In this document: positions 35,561 to 55,278 of the stretch, piece by piece
How the letters are laid out: each line of letters begins with the position of its first letter
Position numbering within the stretch: the first letter of the stretch is position 1
Assembly (NCBI RefSeq): GCF_009914755.1
Contig: NC_060948.1
Origin: the human T2T-CHM13v2.0 reference genome, Homo sapiens
Length of the DNA: 64,000 nucleotides
Strand: one strand, 5' to 3'
Program-made: the position numbers and the translations under genes
Notes under the pieces: model-generated
The model's input: only the letters and a program-made list of their open reading frames with translations
The model's database searches: none
Told to the model about the DNA's origin: nothing

Positions 35561-36659
35561 ACTCTTTTATTCAAGGCTCTAAATCTCATTATTTTAACTC
35601 TTAGTAGACACTATCCAGGCCTCCCTTCCCAGAACTGTTTGGTAGAGATAAACAGTACTAATGTTATTTTTAAACAGCTTTATCGAGACATAATTCACAT
35701 GCCCATTAGGTGTACCATTTAAAGATTTTTAGTATATTCAGATTTATGCAATCGTCACTATAACCAATTTTAAAACATGCTCACCCTAGTATCAAAAATA
35801 TCCACTACTGCATAGTATGGAATGTTCTTGTTTGCAAAACAACAGAAATTGACCTCACTAACTTAGGCAGGAAAGGAATCTGTGGGAGGGAATTACTAAT
35901 ATTTTTAGCATAAAGAATATCACCAGGATAGGAGGCCAAGGCTCAAACTTGCCAGCAAGGGTCAACTGCTACCATTATTACATTCAGCTCACTAGCTCTT
36001 GCCTCAAATAAATGTTCAAATGCTTAGATTCCTGGACACTGCTTGGTGAGGGGAGAAAAGGCATAAGAAGGTACCTGTGTATGGCTGCCACTTACTATGT
36101 CAGCACAATGGAGATTTTCCCTTAGGGCTGCAGAAAATAATGTATAACATTATAAATAATTGGTAAGGAGATCAGAGGCAGGATAAGTGAGCTTAAATTT
36201 AAAAATTAAGTCTCCTAAACTTGAGATATGGAATCCCTATAGCATGTAGGGTTTAAAAATTAAATAAAACATCCCTAAAATCTAAAATGGTATTAATATT
36301 TAGCATTTTAGGGTGGAACTTATTTCCAAATGTATTAGCTCTGGAGAAGCTAGGAATGGATCTTAATGAAAGTCAAAAAAGCATTTTCCTGGTAATGACA
36401 TAAATAATTGTCATATATATCTCTAAATTGTTTTGTAGTTTGCAAAGTACTTTCACATAGTCTGTCTCATTTGATCTTCACAATAGCTCCATGAGATAGA
36501 TTTGGGAAAATCTAGGTTACTCGTAAATCATTTCTAATCCTCATATACATGCAAACAAGGTAAGCATTATCTCTTTTTTACATATGAGGAAAGAGTCAGA
36601 AACGGAACTTGATTTATTTAACCAAAATCACACATATAAGAGGCTGAACTGGACTATTC

Positions 36660-36790
36660 TTTTTTTTTTTTTTTAAAGAGATGGGGATCTCACTATATTG
36701 CCCAGGCTGGTCTCACACTCCTGGCATCAAGTGATCCTCCTGCCTCAGCCTCTCAAGTAGCTGGGATTACAGGTGTCAGCCACCATGCCC
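36660..36790 (-). mobile_element. Alu monomer (FLAM-like)
   Basis: Single Alu arm after a T tract; TGAACTGGA on both flanks. Confidence 0.75.
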
Positions 36791-39700
36791 CATTTGAACT
36801 GGAACTCTTAAATCAATCCTGTGAATTTTCGACTAAGTCTAGCCATTCGCAGTTATCTAGGGGTAGCCTCATCTCTCAGGTAGCAACATATCATCACTAT
36901 TATTTCAAAGAGATATATTCTGAAAAAAAATTACGTAGAGGTGCCATATGACACTGAAAGCAGTTTGTTTGTAAGGCATATTCAGCCTGGTGAAGGCTCT
37001 TGTCATTTTGCTACCTAAGGATCAGGGCCAAAGCACTAAAAGAATCACCTTTTTTCTTTCTGTTCCAGAATTGTTCAGAGTCCCACAGCATAATCCTAAT
37101 TCTATAAGCAATCCAGAGACCTCCAGAATGGTAATATAGTAGAAAATGTACCCACTGCTACATATGTTTCACTCTCTTCTTGTTCAATATTCACACTTAG
37201 GAAGAGAGAGCTTATTTCTATCAGTAGAGAAAAAACTTGGTAGTGGCAGCATGGCCACAGACTTTTAGATAAACTAATCACTTTAGAACAAAAATGGAGA
37301 AAGATTGGAGTCATTTGTGGAACCTCTTTTCTAGAGTACCTTTTTGAATTGACAACAGACAGTCTTTAGCTTGGACACAGGGGAACAAATCAAATGACTT
37401 TTAAAAACTATAACTCAGAGTTTAAATTCTTGATTTAAATTTTGAACATTCCAAAGATGATGCCAAATTAATCTGCTGACAGCTTCACATTAGTAGGTAT
37501 AATTACCTAGCTTATAAAGACCCCAAGGGACTGAAGAAGGTCCATAAGTGTGGTATGTATGACTCAGCCAGTACTCACTGTATCTTGACCAAGAAAAGCA
37601 GAGTCATATGTAATGTGAGCTATTTGGGAAAGATAATTTTAGCTTATTGTGGAGAAAAACTATTTTTAACCATTTCTACAAAGAAAAGAAAGAGCACCAT
37701 TAAAAAAGAGGTAAAATTCAGGGTTGGGTGAGAGAGAAAAAGCTAAAGGAAAAACAAAAGAATCAAAGGCAGACACTATTAGACTTTAATATTAGCGATG
37801 GGAATTGTTTACATTTTGTTGCTAAGGAAAACTTGGAGCTTTGGAAAATGAACCCAACCACCACCCTATTGTGACAGCTGCTGCCTGGCCCTGGTATTTC
37901 TGCAGAGCTATCTGCCAACAGCTTGCCACCTGCCATTTCTATCCTGTCAAATCAGTCCCTTTAAAATCAGATGACCTTGTTGGTTTCTATAGTTCTCACA
38001 AGCAATCCAAAGACTGAATGGCAGTTATCAGAAAGCCCTAAAGATAGACTGTTGCATTCTGAGCTGTGGACTGGCCCCTGAGTCAAAACCTTTATTCTGA
38101 ACGGATAATACTTAAATTCAATAGAAGAAATGGTCAGTGAATTCAATGAGGAGGAAAAGAAGGCCTAAGTGATGGTCTCTAGTGTGCCTCTGACTCAGAG
38201 TGTCATATTAAGCAAAGACTCTATGCTCTTAGGGCCTCAGCATTCCCATTTGTAAAATAGGGAGCGTATGTTCTATTCCTTTCTATCTTATAAAGAGAAT
38301 ACATTTAAGCACACTTGAGCTTTTCAGAGGGGAAAAAAAGGAACTTCACAAATCCAAGATTATGCCCTTCTCAAAAAGGAATAAAGTGTTTCAGAAGTTC
38401 TGTACTATGTATGCAAAACCATAAATTATCTAGAATCCTGCAAACCTTGAATCTCTGTTATATTTACTCTTCAACGATCACGGCCTTCTTCACAGACTTA
38501 CATTATAATAAAGACTGTTGTCCCTATAATTAATATTCCTTCATGCCCTCCTGCTCCCTCTGCCCCATAATAACAGGAATCCTTTATCATTCTGGAACTT
38601 TGGAAAATACACAAAAAATAAAAATAAAAACTATCCATAATACACCCAAAAATCCAATATTAACATTTCCATGTTTATTACTATTTGGCATCATAATGTA
38701 TTCTTTTATATCTAGCTTTGTTCATTTAGCAACATATCTGTAGTTAAACTGAGTAACAAACTGTTAGCACAAGGGTATAAAGCTGAGACTGATAATTGGC
38801 CAATTGGTATGCACATACCCACTTATCCCCTCTTAAGATAAAACATTCTCAGAAAAGGAGAGCCAGCTGTGCAATTTAATGGTAAAACCCACTCCCCAAA
38901 TGAAGTGCTTTAATTACACTGCAAATGGAGATTATTTCTGAGAGAGAACCTTCTACTACTTTGGTCTTGCTGTGGCCAGTTTTAAAGCCCCATTTATCCC
39001 AATGCTCACTAATTGTCTGAATTTGGACCTGTGAACCCAGGCTTCAGGCTTTTATCAAGGTTTCCCAGTAGGAGTCAAAATCCTTCCACAATTAGCTGAT
39101 TACAGAGAAAGCTGCAGCTTCAAGAGTAGAATTAGCATCCAGCATGCTCTTTCAGAAGTAAAATTTAGCTGTTTTCAAAACATCTGATTTTTTTTCTTTC
39201 ATTTAATGCTTGTCTAGCCAGAGAAACTAAATGGCTTTAATTCTGTAAAGGCTTAAATGATATGTTTTATTTGATCAAGTCATTCCCCTGCTGGAAATCC
39301 CTCAATTGTATTCCATAGCTGTGAGACTAGAAATTCAACTTTCTTAGCATAGTAAAGACAAAAATCTACATGATTTGGTTCCGGCCTACCTCTCTAGCTT
39401 GTCAATTTCCAAAGTTTCTCCAGTGGAATACCAGTCTTGGGTTTCTTTGATTAACAAAACAAAACTACTGGATGAACTCAGAAATTTGGAAAATGCTGCA
39501 AATTCCCTAACCACTCCCATGTCCCACTCTCCCCACTCCCCAGAGAGGAATGACCCTAAGAAGGCTTTTGAGTGATCCTATTTAATTTTGTTTAATCCAT
39601 TGTTCCCAAATTCATTTAGCCACAGCATACTTTTTTTTTTCCTTCATCTAAATCTGTTTCCACAAAAGACACTTTCAGAAATGCTAGCCTGGCCTCACCT

Positions 39701-39950
39701 TCTCCCAGCTTCAGGCATTCTGAACTTGTTTGTTTCTTGAATTTCTCATGTTTCCTCTCAAATACCATCCTCCTATTACTACTTACAGTTAACTTAAAGT
39801 TGTCTTTCAAAATTCAACTCCAGTTACCTCCTCTGGTAGGCCTTCCTTGTCACCCTATTAAATCTAATTTAGATTCCCCTCCTCTACACTCTCATAGCAA
39901 TCTATACATATCTTTACCACAGCACTTAACAATTGTACAATAATATTTGA

Positions 39951-42914
<2,964 letters not shown>

Positions 42915-44002
42915 AAGAAGGGAAGTCTTCTGTTGGCAGATTTTCGGTATGACACTGTTAGAACAACTCATACTACTTCTTTATATTACACAAATATAAT
43001 TATTTACATTTTTCTTTTTCACTAGCATATTTGTTTCACAAGGGCTCACATCATATTTGTCCGGTTCACTGATGTATCACCTGGGCTTCTCATAGCACCT
43101 GGAAACAGGTACTTTAAAATATTCGGTAAGTATTTTGAAGATGAATGAATGCTAGAACATATCCAGTGAATAAGTCCAACCAGTCTACATCTAACATCTC
43201 CCTACTTACTTATCTTGTGCCATTCCTAAAATTCACTTATTTTGACTGTACTTGATGTACCACATTCAACTCATAATTCACTAATATTTTGATTTAACCC
43301 TTTGATTCATAAATCTGGTCTCTGTTACAGGTATTATCTTATTGATTGTAGGTTACAACATTTGCAGAAGGTAGTAAAACTAAGTTTCTCCAAATAACAG
43401 TTCATGCAACAAGGTATTTAATAATGCAGTTTGTTAAACAACTTGATTTCCCCCATACTTTCTGGGATCATGCTCTTAATGATGAATTTAACTCATTTTA
43501 CTTCTTTCAGCTCAGAAAGATTTTTTAAAGAGAGTTTTTGTCAGCTAAAGATTACTTTTGCATTTAGTTTCTAGGTAAAACTAATAGTATCTAAATTACA
43601 TTTGAGCTATTAAGTATAGAAGCATTTACTATTCATGATTGATTTATTACTATTTCCTTGGCTGGAAACCAATTTTAAAAAGACAGTTATTGGCTCTGAA
43701 ACCTGTTAGCCCAGAAATTAGTTTTCTTCCATTTTATGTAAAGAAATGAAAAAAAAAAAAGAAAAAGAAAAAAGAAAGGAAGGAAAAGAAAAGAAGAAGA
43801 AAAACACTATTTTCCAACTCAACATCTCCCTTAACTTCTTTCTTAAAATGTGTCTTTATAAAAAAAAAAGTCTTTATAATAGACACATTAGAGCTGTCCT
43901 TATAATAAGCAAACATAAAAAGTTCAATTTGTATTGTATCTTGCATCTTGTTTAATTTGTATTGTGTCTTTTATACTTACTACACATACATACATACTCA
44001 CG

Positions 44003-45420
44003 TGGGACCTGATGGCTTCACTGCTGAATTTTACCAAACACTTAAAGAAGAATTAATACCAATCTTACTCAAACTATTCTGAAAAACAGAAAAGGAAGGA
44101 ATACTTCCAAACTTATCTGATGAGGCCAACATTACCTTGATACCAAATCAGACAAAGACACATCAAAAAAAGAAAACTACAGGCCAATACTAGCAAATCA
44201 AGTTCTATAACACATTAAAAAGATAATTCTTCATGACCAAGTGGGATTTATCCCAGGGATGCAAGGATGGTTCAAAGATACACAAGTCAATCAATGTGAT
44301 ATATCATATTGACAGAATGAAAGATAAAAACACTATGATCATTTCAATTGATGCTGAAATAGCATTTGATAAAATTCAACATCCTTTCATGATAAAAACC
44401 CTCAAAAAACTGGGTACAGAAGGAACATACTTCAACACACTAAAAGCCATATATGACAAACCCACAGCTATTATTATACTGAATGGAGAAAAACTGAAAG
44501 CCTTTCCTCGAAGATCTGAAACAAGACAAGGATGTCCACTTTCAACCACTGTTATTCAATAGGCCAGGCACAGTTGTTCACGGCTGTAATCCTAGCATTT
44601 CGGAAGGCAGAGGTGGGAAAATATCTTGAGCCCAGGAGTTTGAGACCAGCTTGGGCAACACAGTGAGACCCCATCTCTATTAAAAAAAAGAGAGCGAGAG
44701 AAAGTAATACATGACATACAAATTGGAAAGGAAGAAGTTTGCAGATAGATAATCTTATATTCGGAAAAACCTTAAGACTCCACCAAAAAAACTACTAGAA
44801 CTGAAAAATTAAATAAAGTTGCAGAATTTAAAATCAACATACAAAAATCACTAGCATTTTTTTTGCCAACAGTGAACAATCTGAAAAAGAAATCAAGAAA
44901 GTAAACCCATTTACAGTAGTTACAAATAAAATAAAATACCTAGGAATTAATCAAATAACTAAAAAATCTTTACAATGAAAACTATAAAACACTGGTGTAA
45001 GAAATTAAACAGCACACAAATAAAGGAAAGATATAGCATATTCATGGACTGGAAGAATCAATATTGTTAAAATGTCCATACTACCCAAAGCAATCTACAG
45101 ATTCAATGCAATCCCTATCAAAATACCAATGCTATTCTTCACAGAAATAGAAAAAATAATCCTAAAATTCATATGGAACTACAAAAGACTCAGAATAGCA
45201 AAGTCACCCTAAGCAAAAAGAACAAAACTGGAATAACATTACCTGACTTCAGATTATACCACAAAGCTATTATAACCAAAACAGCATAGTACTGACATAA
45301 AAGCAGACACATAGACCAATGGAACAGAGTAGAGAACTTGGAAATAAATCCATACATCTACAGTGAACTCATTTTTGACAAAAGTGCCAAGAACATACAT
45401 TGGAGAAAAGACACTCTCTT
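44003..45420 (+). mobile_element. Old L1 (L1PB/L1MA) ORF2 RT fragment with Alu monomer (44562-44690)
   Basis: ORF 44233..44562 encodes [22 protein letters not shown]...TRQGCPLS. Confidence 0.85.
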
Positions 45421-46037
45421 AATACACACAAATATAAAAGCTCCTTCCTTTGGATATTCAAAATAATATGAAGTCAAACTGAAATCTAAATTCTGATAAG
45501 ATTTCACCTGGTCTAATCTTAACAAGGGATAATTATAGCCTTAGTCTTTAAGTACACTTGAATCTCCCAAATGCAGTACATTCTATTTTTAATACTTCCT
45601 CAAGTAGGAGAAAATGACCCATTCTTGCTCGGTCACATTTTCTAATGTTTCTCTTAATGCTGGCAATCAAAAAGTTTTTCTTAGCTTCTACCTTAAATCT
45701 CTATGTCAATTCACAATATTCTCTCATAACTTCTCTCTAAAGAAATTACAGAATATCTAGTCACTATTCTTCTACCATAACATCACATATTATTCATTTC
45801 TTTTTCTGGTATTCTTCTCAAATTAATCAAAAGTTTATATCCTAGTTCTATTTATTTGAGCCTTGTGTCATACTGTTCCCTTTCTTTGCTGCCAGAGAAG
45901 TCAACGTAGACTATCCATAACAAAATATCCTTCTCTGTGCTTCACAGGTTCTCCATTACAAAATGGTGAAATAATGCCTAACAATTGTCTCTATCACAAG
46001 ACAAACAGAAAAAAGATATACTTAAATCCATAATGAC

Positions 46038-46742
<705 letters not shown>

Positions 46743-46850
46743 ACATATTTTCATAAATGTATTTGAAATTGGGAAAAACACTTTATGCCCATTCCTGTAT
46801 CGTCTACCTCAAAGCAGAGCCCCACAAATGAAATCAGTAACTCAACATAC

Positions 46851-47033
46851 CTCCTCTTCTCCCTGGCTTCCACAGAGGAATCTGTTCCAGTAATGGAGAG
46901 CACAGGAGTAGCTGTAACCCCATTGGCAGTGCTAGGCAGAGGGCGATTGGTGATCACACAGAACGGGGTGCTAGAAGAGACATTGTCTGCTGTTTTCTCT
47001 GCTGTTGAGTCAGCCTGGGATTTGTGAGGAGTC
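46851..47033 (-). pseudogene. PPP1R12B: PPP1R12B-like exon 13 (183 nt): TPHKSQADSTAEKTADNVSSSTPFCVITNRPLPSTANGVTATPVLSITGTDSSVEAREKR
   Basis: tttcag acceptor and gtatgt donor. Peptide lies within ORF 46751..47089(-). Confidence 0.92.
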
Positions 47034-48829
47034 CTGAAATTTAAAAAGGTACAAGCAGAAAGGAAATGGTTAGGCACACTATACAACAAAGCACTGGCAC
47101 AGAGACAGAAGGATTAAAGAGTGGTTCATCTCGGAAATCTTGCTCTGATTTTGTTTGTTGGTTTCTTAATTTTGAGCTCTTACAGCTTGCTTGGAATAGT
47201 ATAATTACATGTTTAGTCTGACATCCTTTGCCTGAGGAGTCACATTTTATGAGACTTGTATGTGTATGTGTGTGCCTGAGATTTCGTTTTAATAAAAATC
47301 ATTAGCTGTGGCACAAGGCAAGATAGTGACATATGCAAGAGTGTTTTAAATGACTCCCCAGTAGCACCTGGTCTCCACACATGCACATGGAGACAGGGCC
47401 TCTCTACACAAGAAAAAGACATTAAAGTCACTTACAATATTAGTCTCCACCTGTTCCTTAATTCTTGGCAGTGGGAGTCTTTGTGGTAGTCCTCAGCCTA
47501 GATTTGATGACCATCTTCTTGGATTATCCAGAGACAACTGATACTCTACAGTCTCAGTATGCTTAGTTCTCCCTCACCTAGTTCAGCAACTGCTCTCTCT
47601 TTCCATTTAACCAAATGCCTAATTGTCTATATTCATAACTGCAAAAGTGAGAAATTGAAAGAAAAACCAAACTGGATTCTATAAGTATCCTTAACCACAG
47701 ACTTTTCAACAGCAAGCTGTATAATTAAACTCATTTACATGAATACAAGATCTTTGTTTCTTGACAAAGAGTTGGGAGCAACCATTGGCTCTCCACACAA
47801 AAAGCTATCATTTGTGATGTCACAGCTGTTGCTGGGGTAACAGAGGTCCAAAACTGATACAGAGATAGAGAAAGCAATGAAAAGCACAAATATTAAAAAT
47901 CTATTTTTTTCACCTACTCACAATTATTAGCAGAAATGTTCACGGGTAGCTCGAAGCTTACTTCCAAATAATCAAATTATGAGCTTGAAAAAAAATAAAA
48001 ACATAAAAATATAAATATGGTACCTAGATACAAACATAAAAGCAGAATATTTTAAAAGATAGATATAATATCTAAAAAACACATGCTACTTCTCCAGAAG
48101 CAATTAATGACTAAGAAAAAAGGTGAAATTTTATAGTCTGTTTTAATAAAAAAAGAAAAGGCAAAAAATTCCTCAGACTTACAAGATATGAATCTATAGG
48201 AAGTACTAATAAAATTAGCTAGACACACAGCTATAAAAAATTACACTTAACCAAACCTTACCTGAAGTTCTTTTTAGGTTAATAACACGTTTTGGTCTCA
48301 CTGTAATTTCTTATGCTTTTGAAATGCCAAGGATTTTATTTTATTAAATTACATAATAGGACTTTTAGTATTATTTTGAAATGCAGTGTAATTTTACAAG
48401 TAGATTGTTAGAATAAGAACAGCCCTAGAGCAGAGATCAGAGGATATGCAATGGAGTAGAATAAATATGGGCTTTGGAAACACAACATTTGCTTAAATGT
48501 AGACTCTCTGATCTCTTCTTCATTGACAAAATAGAGATAGTGGCATCTTAAAATACAGAGTTCTTCTAATGATTAAATAAAATAATGTCGGCAGGACACC
48601 TAAAATAGTACCCAGAATAAAATATAAACTCAGCAGATACAAACAGTGACAAAATAGGTAAGAGCTTTGAAATGTACAAATCTGAGTTCAAATCCTATCT
48701 CAGTCCCTCACTAGCTGTGTGACCTTGGGCAGATGATTAACCTTTTGGTCTGAGTTTCCTCATCTATAAAATAATACTTCATATAATAGGGGGCTCATTA
48801 TAAGAGAATAGATGATATATGTATGCATG

Positions 48830-49315
48830 AGACAGCTAGTTGTCCAACCCATATCCATTGTCCCTTTCTTCTTTATGAACTGAATCCCTATATCATTGAG
48901 GGCAGCAGTATACCTAGTTAAAAGTCCACACTTCTCAAAGTCTCCTGGCCACTAGAGCTATCCAGTGAGACATATGCAGACAACTAGTACTTCTGGGAAA
49001 ATTCTCAGTTCAGAAGCATTCTTTCTTTGTCTGCCTCCTTCTTTCCTCTTCCTTCTTCCCTAGAGTACTGCCATGATAGCTAGAGCTCCAGCAGTTATTC
49101 TGGACCATCAGGCAACCCATGGAAATGGCAGCCATGATGCAAGAACTGTGGAGCAGAAAGAACCTGGATCCTTTAATGACTGTGGAGCTACTAAGCCAGC
49201 TCTGCCTATTTCTGGACTTTCTTAAGTGCAAGAAAAAAAACAAAAACCTTTATCTTATTTAAGCCACTACTATTTAGATTTATTGTTACATATGAGCAAA
49301 CTAAATCCCAGTATA
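48830..49315 (+). mobile_element. MLT1-type MaLR LTR
   Basis: 3' end TTTAAGCCACT..TATT..G...TGTTACA typical of MLT1. Confidence 0.6.
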
Positions 49316-49463
49316 ATACCCAACCAAATGCCTGTCACATAATGGGGTCCAACAAATGGCAGCTGTAACTATTTTCTCAGCTGCAGCTCTTAATAGTTAT
49401 AGTAATAGCAATATAGTATTATTATATAATATATAATATTATATATGTAAAATATAGTAATAC

Positions 49464-49875
<412 letters not shown>

Positions 49876-50830
49876 TCAGCTATGGTGATAATAGTTAACA
49901 TGTCTATGCAACTGGATTATTATAAGGACCTAATAAATTTACCCATAATTATACAGTATTATTATTAATAATCCATCATAAACCCTTCCCTCGTGGCTGA
50001 ATTAATGATCACTGCTTATTTTAGGGAAAGAAATCTAGTAAACTGACAAATATCAATCAAGCACCATCACTGGTGTTCCTGCAACAACACTATCATTAAG
50101 ATTTTTTTCATTTTCTTTATCAGTTGTAGACAGACCCAAAAAAAGGAGACCCTTTGCCACCACACATAAAGGATTAAAAGCCACAGTTAAAACTACAGCT
50201 AAAGTCCTAATGTATTTTCACAATAACATTCTACCATGCTATCCCTTAGATGAACTAGAAACCAAGAAGATACTGCCCCCAGAACACAGTTTAGACAAAC
50301 ACAAATCTGTCCCTTTTCACAATGTTTCCAGGAAAATACTCTCGTTGGCTGTAATAACAACTTTGACCCTAAGAGCTTCTGCAAGATCTCATCTTCTCTG
50401 CCTCTTAGCATACTGACATTTTGGAATTTGGTCTCTATGCCGTTTACCAACCCGGAGTAAGGAGAGTTGGATTCCTCACATAAGAATTATTATCTTTTCT
50501 TTTTAAATTTTTTTGTAGAGACAGGGTCTTGCTATGTTGCCCAAGCTGGTCTTGAACTTCAAGCAAGCCACCGCATTTGGCCTCCCAAAGTGCTAAGGCA
50601 CTGTACCCAGCATTCACCTAAGAATTCTTTGTGCACCTTATCATATGGCTACACAGGAATTGGTAGATACAGTCTAACATAGCTCACAGTTTTTACATCA
50701 GGTGGTCACTGGCAATTTGATATCTTATCCTTGAAAACTAAACTTCAAGCTCTTTTTGGAGTCCTGTGAGGCCTGGCTAGCTCTCTGACAAGGAGATAGA
50801 GGATCTTTACTATGAACATCTTTGCATTAC

Positions 50831-50970
50831 CTGCCTGCTTCTCAGTTTCTGACTCAGAAGCTTCATCTTCACCTTCCTCCTCCTCTGAGCTGGAGCTACT
50901 AGATTCTTTGTTTTCTTCCTCCATTTCTTGGGACTTAGGTGTCTCCTCCTCATAGAGCATCTTCTCTTTG
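50831..50970 (-). pseudogene. PPP1R12B: PPP1R12B-like exon 8 (140 nt): KEKMLYEEETPKSQEMEEENKESSSSSSEEEEGEDEASESETEKQA
   Basis: tttag acceptor and gtaatg donor. Acidic/Ser tract characteristic of MYPT2. Confidence 0.92.
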
Positions 50971-51626
50971 CTAAATTAAAAATGACAACTTGAGTATAAT
51001 TCAGAAATGATAATCAGGTATAATAAAGGGAACAAGTCTATAAACTTATATGTGGAAGCAATAACAGAAACATATTTAAATTCTTCTTTACATCTGTGTG
51101 TTCTTCCAAACCCTTCATTTTTGCAGACTAAGATTTAGTATTTGATGACAGAGTACGGCTCAAGGAAATCTGGCCTGTTTAACACACAGACAAAAGGAGA
51201 ACTATGAATTTTGATGACAGTGGATAAATATTCAAAAAAATCATTTAACAAATGTTTACTGAGTACTTATTACATGCCAGGAATCATGCTAGGCACTGGT
51301 ATAGTCATAAACAAAATAGACATTGTCTCTGAGTTCATGAAACTTACAGTAAGTAGAGGCAGAAGTTGAGACTAAGAGCGCCTAAGCCAGGATTTTAAAA
51401 TGCTGCACACTGTCTCAATTAATTCTGAAGTTTAAAACACAGTCAACCATCCTTAGTGTCTCCCTCACATATCAATGCCACTCTCTTGTCCCACAAAGTT
51501 TCCCACAAGTTTATAGATCATTTGGCTAAATACAAACAGAGTTTCTTCACTTTATAAATTCTGAAGTTAAGTATGTCACTGACACAGAGCAAAGCTCATC
51601 CCATTACTCAAGCCTAAATGTCTTAC

Positions 51627-51706
51627 TTCTTAAAGAACCCACTCTGAATCTTGCTGTTCAGATCTTACTCAATGACTTTATTCCATGTCTCCTTTTCACT
51701 TTGAAG
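51627..51706 (-). pseudogene. PPP1R12B: PPP1R12B-like exon 7 (80 nt) with premature stop: LQSEKETWNKVIE*DLNSKIQSGFFK
   Basis: ttccag acceptor and gtaaga donor. TAA in the ancestral frame at 51665-51667. Confidence 0.9.
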
Positions 51707-53547
51707 CTGGAAATGGAGAAAACGAGAGAAAAGGGAAGAAGTTGACTATTGGTGAAAAATCAGCAGTATTGAGAACCAAAATGGTAATGTTATTCTGAAG
51801 AAAATAGGACCAACACAAAAGAGGTAGTGGGGAACCTGAGAAAAAGAGAAACATATCAGTTGGGTCTCCTTAGATGACAGAACTCATCCAAGGTAGAAGA
51901 GAAAAGCCATGGTGTTAAGAACTTCAATAAAACTGCTCCTATCAAATATCCAAACCTAATCTTCAAAAAAAAAAAAGTCTAGATTCTCAAGAATAAAAAG
52001 CCAAAAGGAACCTGAAAGAATTCTTTATGATTCATATACTGAAATAAGTTGGCAATATTTCTAAAGAAAACACAGGTACCGAATGGGAAATAAGCCCTTA
52101 GGGAAAACGGTCTGCTATTTAGATGCATGCTCTAGATAAAATGTATTCATATCCCTGGAACTCAAAGTTATGCAGAGGGCAAAGATAAGTACTATTCCCA
52201 CTGGTGTAGAAATACTATTTCATGAATAATACTATTTCATGAATAATACTATTGATGTTCAAAAACCTTACCATGCTAGGTACAGAATACACAGGAACTC
52301 TCTATTTTTGCAACTTCCATGTGAGTCTAAACTTCTTCCAGAAAAAGTTTTTAAAATTACAAGAACCTAACTGTGCAAAGTATACAACTTATAATCAGGA
52401 AGGCTGTTGCTGCTAAATAACAGCATTGACACTGCATTTGAAAATCCTAGTTTCAGTGATCCTGACTGCTCAACAAAGAGAACAAAATGAACTTTAAGTT
52501 GTGTTTGTCTGAGCTTTATGTATGTGACTTTTCCACTGAGCCTTAAAATAACCAGAATCTTCACTTTACCATACCAGACATAATGCTGAACACAACAGAG
52601 ATTAGGTATGGTTGATCTGTCCCATCATTGAGCTATATAGTTCTTTGATTCAGAACCGCTGTTTTCCACATTTGTCCTAAACTTTAGTTTACATTACCTG
52701 AGTGACAACACGTGCAGAAGAAACAAAAACAAAAACAAAAAAAGTCATTGATTTTTTTTTGCCCCTAATGTCCCACCCTAATGTCATTGATCTTTATTCT
52801 CCCCAACTCAAATTATTCATCTGCTTTATGAGTAAAAAATATGGCTTATTCACTCTTCATCCATATATTGGGTGGGTTTTCCATTGTGCAGTCTGAACAA
52901 AAATACCATACTTATGTAGTTCTCCTGTATAGCACTAATTAAGCCAAAGACATGCATGACCAAACTAGCATGACCAAACTATAAAAGATTCAAAATGAGG
53001 AGCAGAGAAAGGAGGACTGAATTGTAGATGTTTCATAAAACTGGAGTAAGTATGAATCACTGACCAAATACTCTCCTATATGAAATAACGGTTTTAGTAT
53101 TATGTGTATTTACTTATTTTTTAAGAAATGTATTCTTCTCTGTGATAAATGTGCTTAAATAAAGATAGTCTTTTAGTCAATAAGAAAAAGAAAAGCTACG
53201 AGGTATCCTCCACTCTGGTACTTTCTATTTGGAAAAACATCTGATTTGAACATATCACATTCATTTTCTAGAACTCAAGTGTAATTATTAGTTTTTTGTG
53301 GCTGTTTTTAACTTTCAGCTCCTTGAAGTCTATCTTATAATGAGCAAAAAACCTGAACAATAATGGTTTCTGGGATATATTCTTCTAACAGACTGTTTAC
53401 AGTTCCTGAAGGGAACAATTAACATGTCTGGAATGCAGATATGTCCATTTCAACTCTCAGCAGACACAACTGAAACAAGTGATTGAGATACTTGATGTGA
53501 ACTGCAAACTATTAGAAAACTTTTGAAAGCACCAATCAGAAACTCAC

Positions 53548-53621
53548 CACATTCTGCTTCTTCTGGAGCATCTCCAAATGCTCCACGAGACCCTCATCAG
53601 CCACATCAAATGGTGTCTGGC
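53548..53621 (-). pseudogene. PPP1R12B: PPP1R12B-like exon 6 (74 nt, 1-bp deletion): (G)QTPFDVADEGLVEHLEMLQKKQNV
   Basis: Reads cag|GC CAG ACA CCA TTT...AAT GTG|gtgagt. Both flanking junctions are phase 0 but the length is 74, so it frameshifts. Too short for the ORF track. Confidence 0.9.
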
Positions 53622-54205
53622 CTGGCAGAGAAAAGGAGCACCATGACTGATAGAAAACAGAAGCAGCAATTACATGACTTTATTAGGGAACTATTCAATA
53701 GTCACTTTTTGCCTTTGACTCCAATAATAGCTGCTTTTCAAACTAATCTACCATACATTATGGTAACACATTCATCTATCACACAGATCACATAACAAGA
53801 AACACCAAATCCTTTAAATATAGAGTTTGTACAAGAGTATTGTAGAAATCACACCATTTCTAATCCTTACTGCCACCTGGCAAATAATCAAGTGAAGTCC
53901 CTACTTGTATCTGTTCTAAAATGGTCTTAATTGCTATGATAAATTCCAAAAAGGGCTCTTCAAAACTTCAGAGGGAAGTTCAGGGCGCATGTTTAATAAA
54001 GATTAAATCACAGGAATCATCTTCCTTTAAGTGAGGGGAGGACTGACAAGAAAGTTAATTCTTTCAGGAAGCATCAGCATAATTAAGAACCCTGACCCAT
54101 AGTCTGAGAATGAAACCTGGGTTCAGGAGAGATGTGATGCAGATAAGAATATCTTCTAATTAAAAGGCCATGTCTCTGCACTACTAGAAAATCAGTATAT
54201 ATATG

Positions 54206-54917
<712 letters not shown>

Positions 54918-55278
54918 TCATTATAACATTTTAATGACTCACATGAATACAGCAACAATAAAATCTTTCATACCTCACCACAGACAGTAACATTAGGCTC
55001 CTCAAAGCTCATTTTTTTGCCAAGAACAAATATTTTTTTCCTGTTTTAGAGGCTTGAACATAAATACAATCAGAAGGTCCATGGAGTTTTATTTTAAATA
55101 ACAAACATAACTCTGTGTTAATAGGGCCAGAGGCAGGGTGGTGGAGGGTAACATAGCTACCAGTGATGTATATTTCACCACAACAGTCAGACTGCCATTG
55201 AATAGAGATGTTAAGCCTTTTATTCTAGAGACCCAGCCACCAATCTCGTTGTTCTTTTAGAGGTTCAGGCTCACTAAC

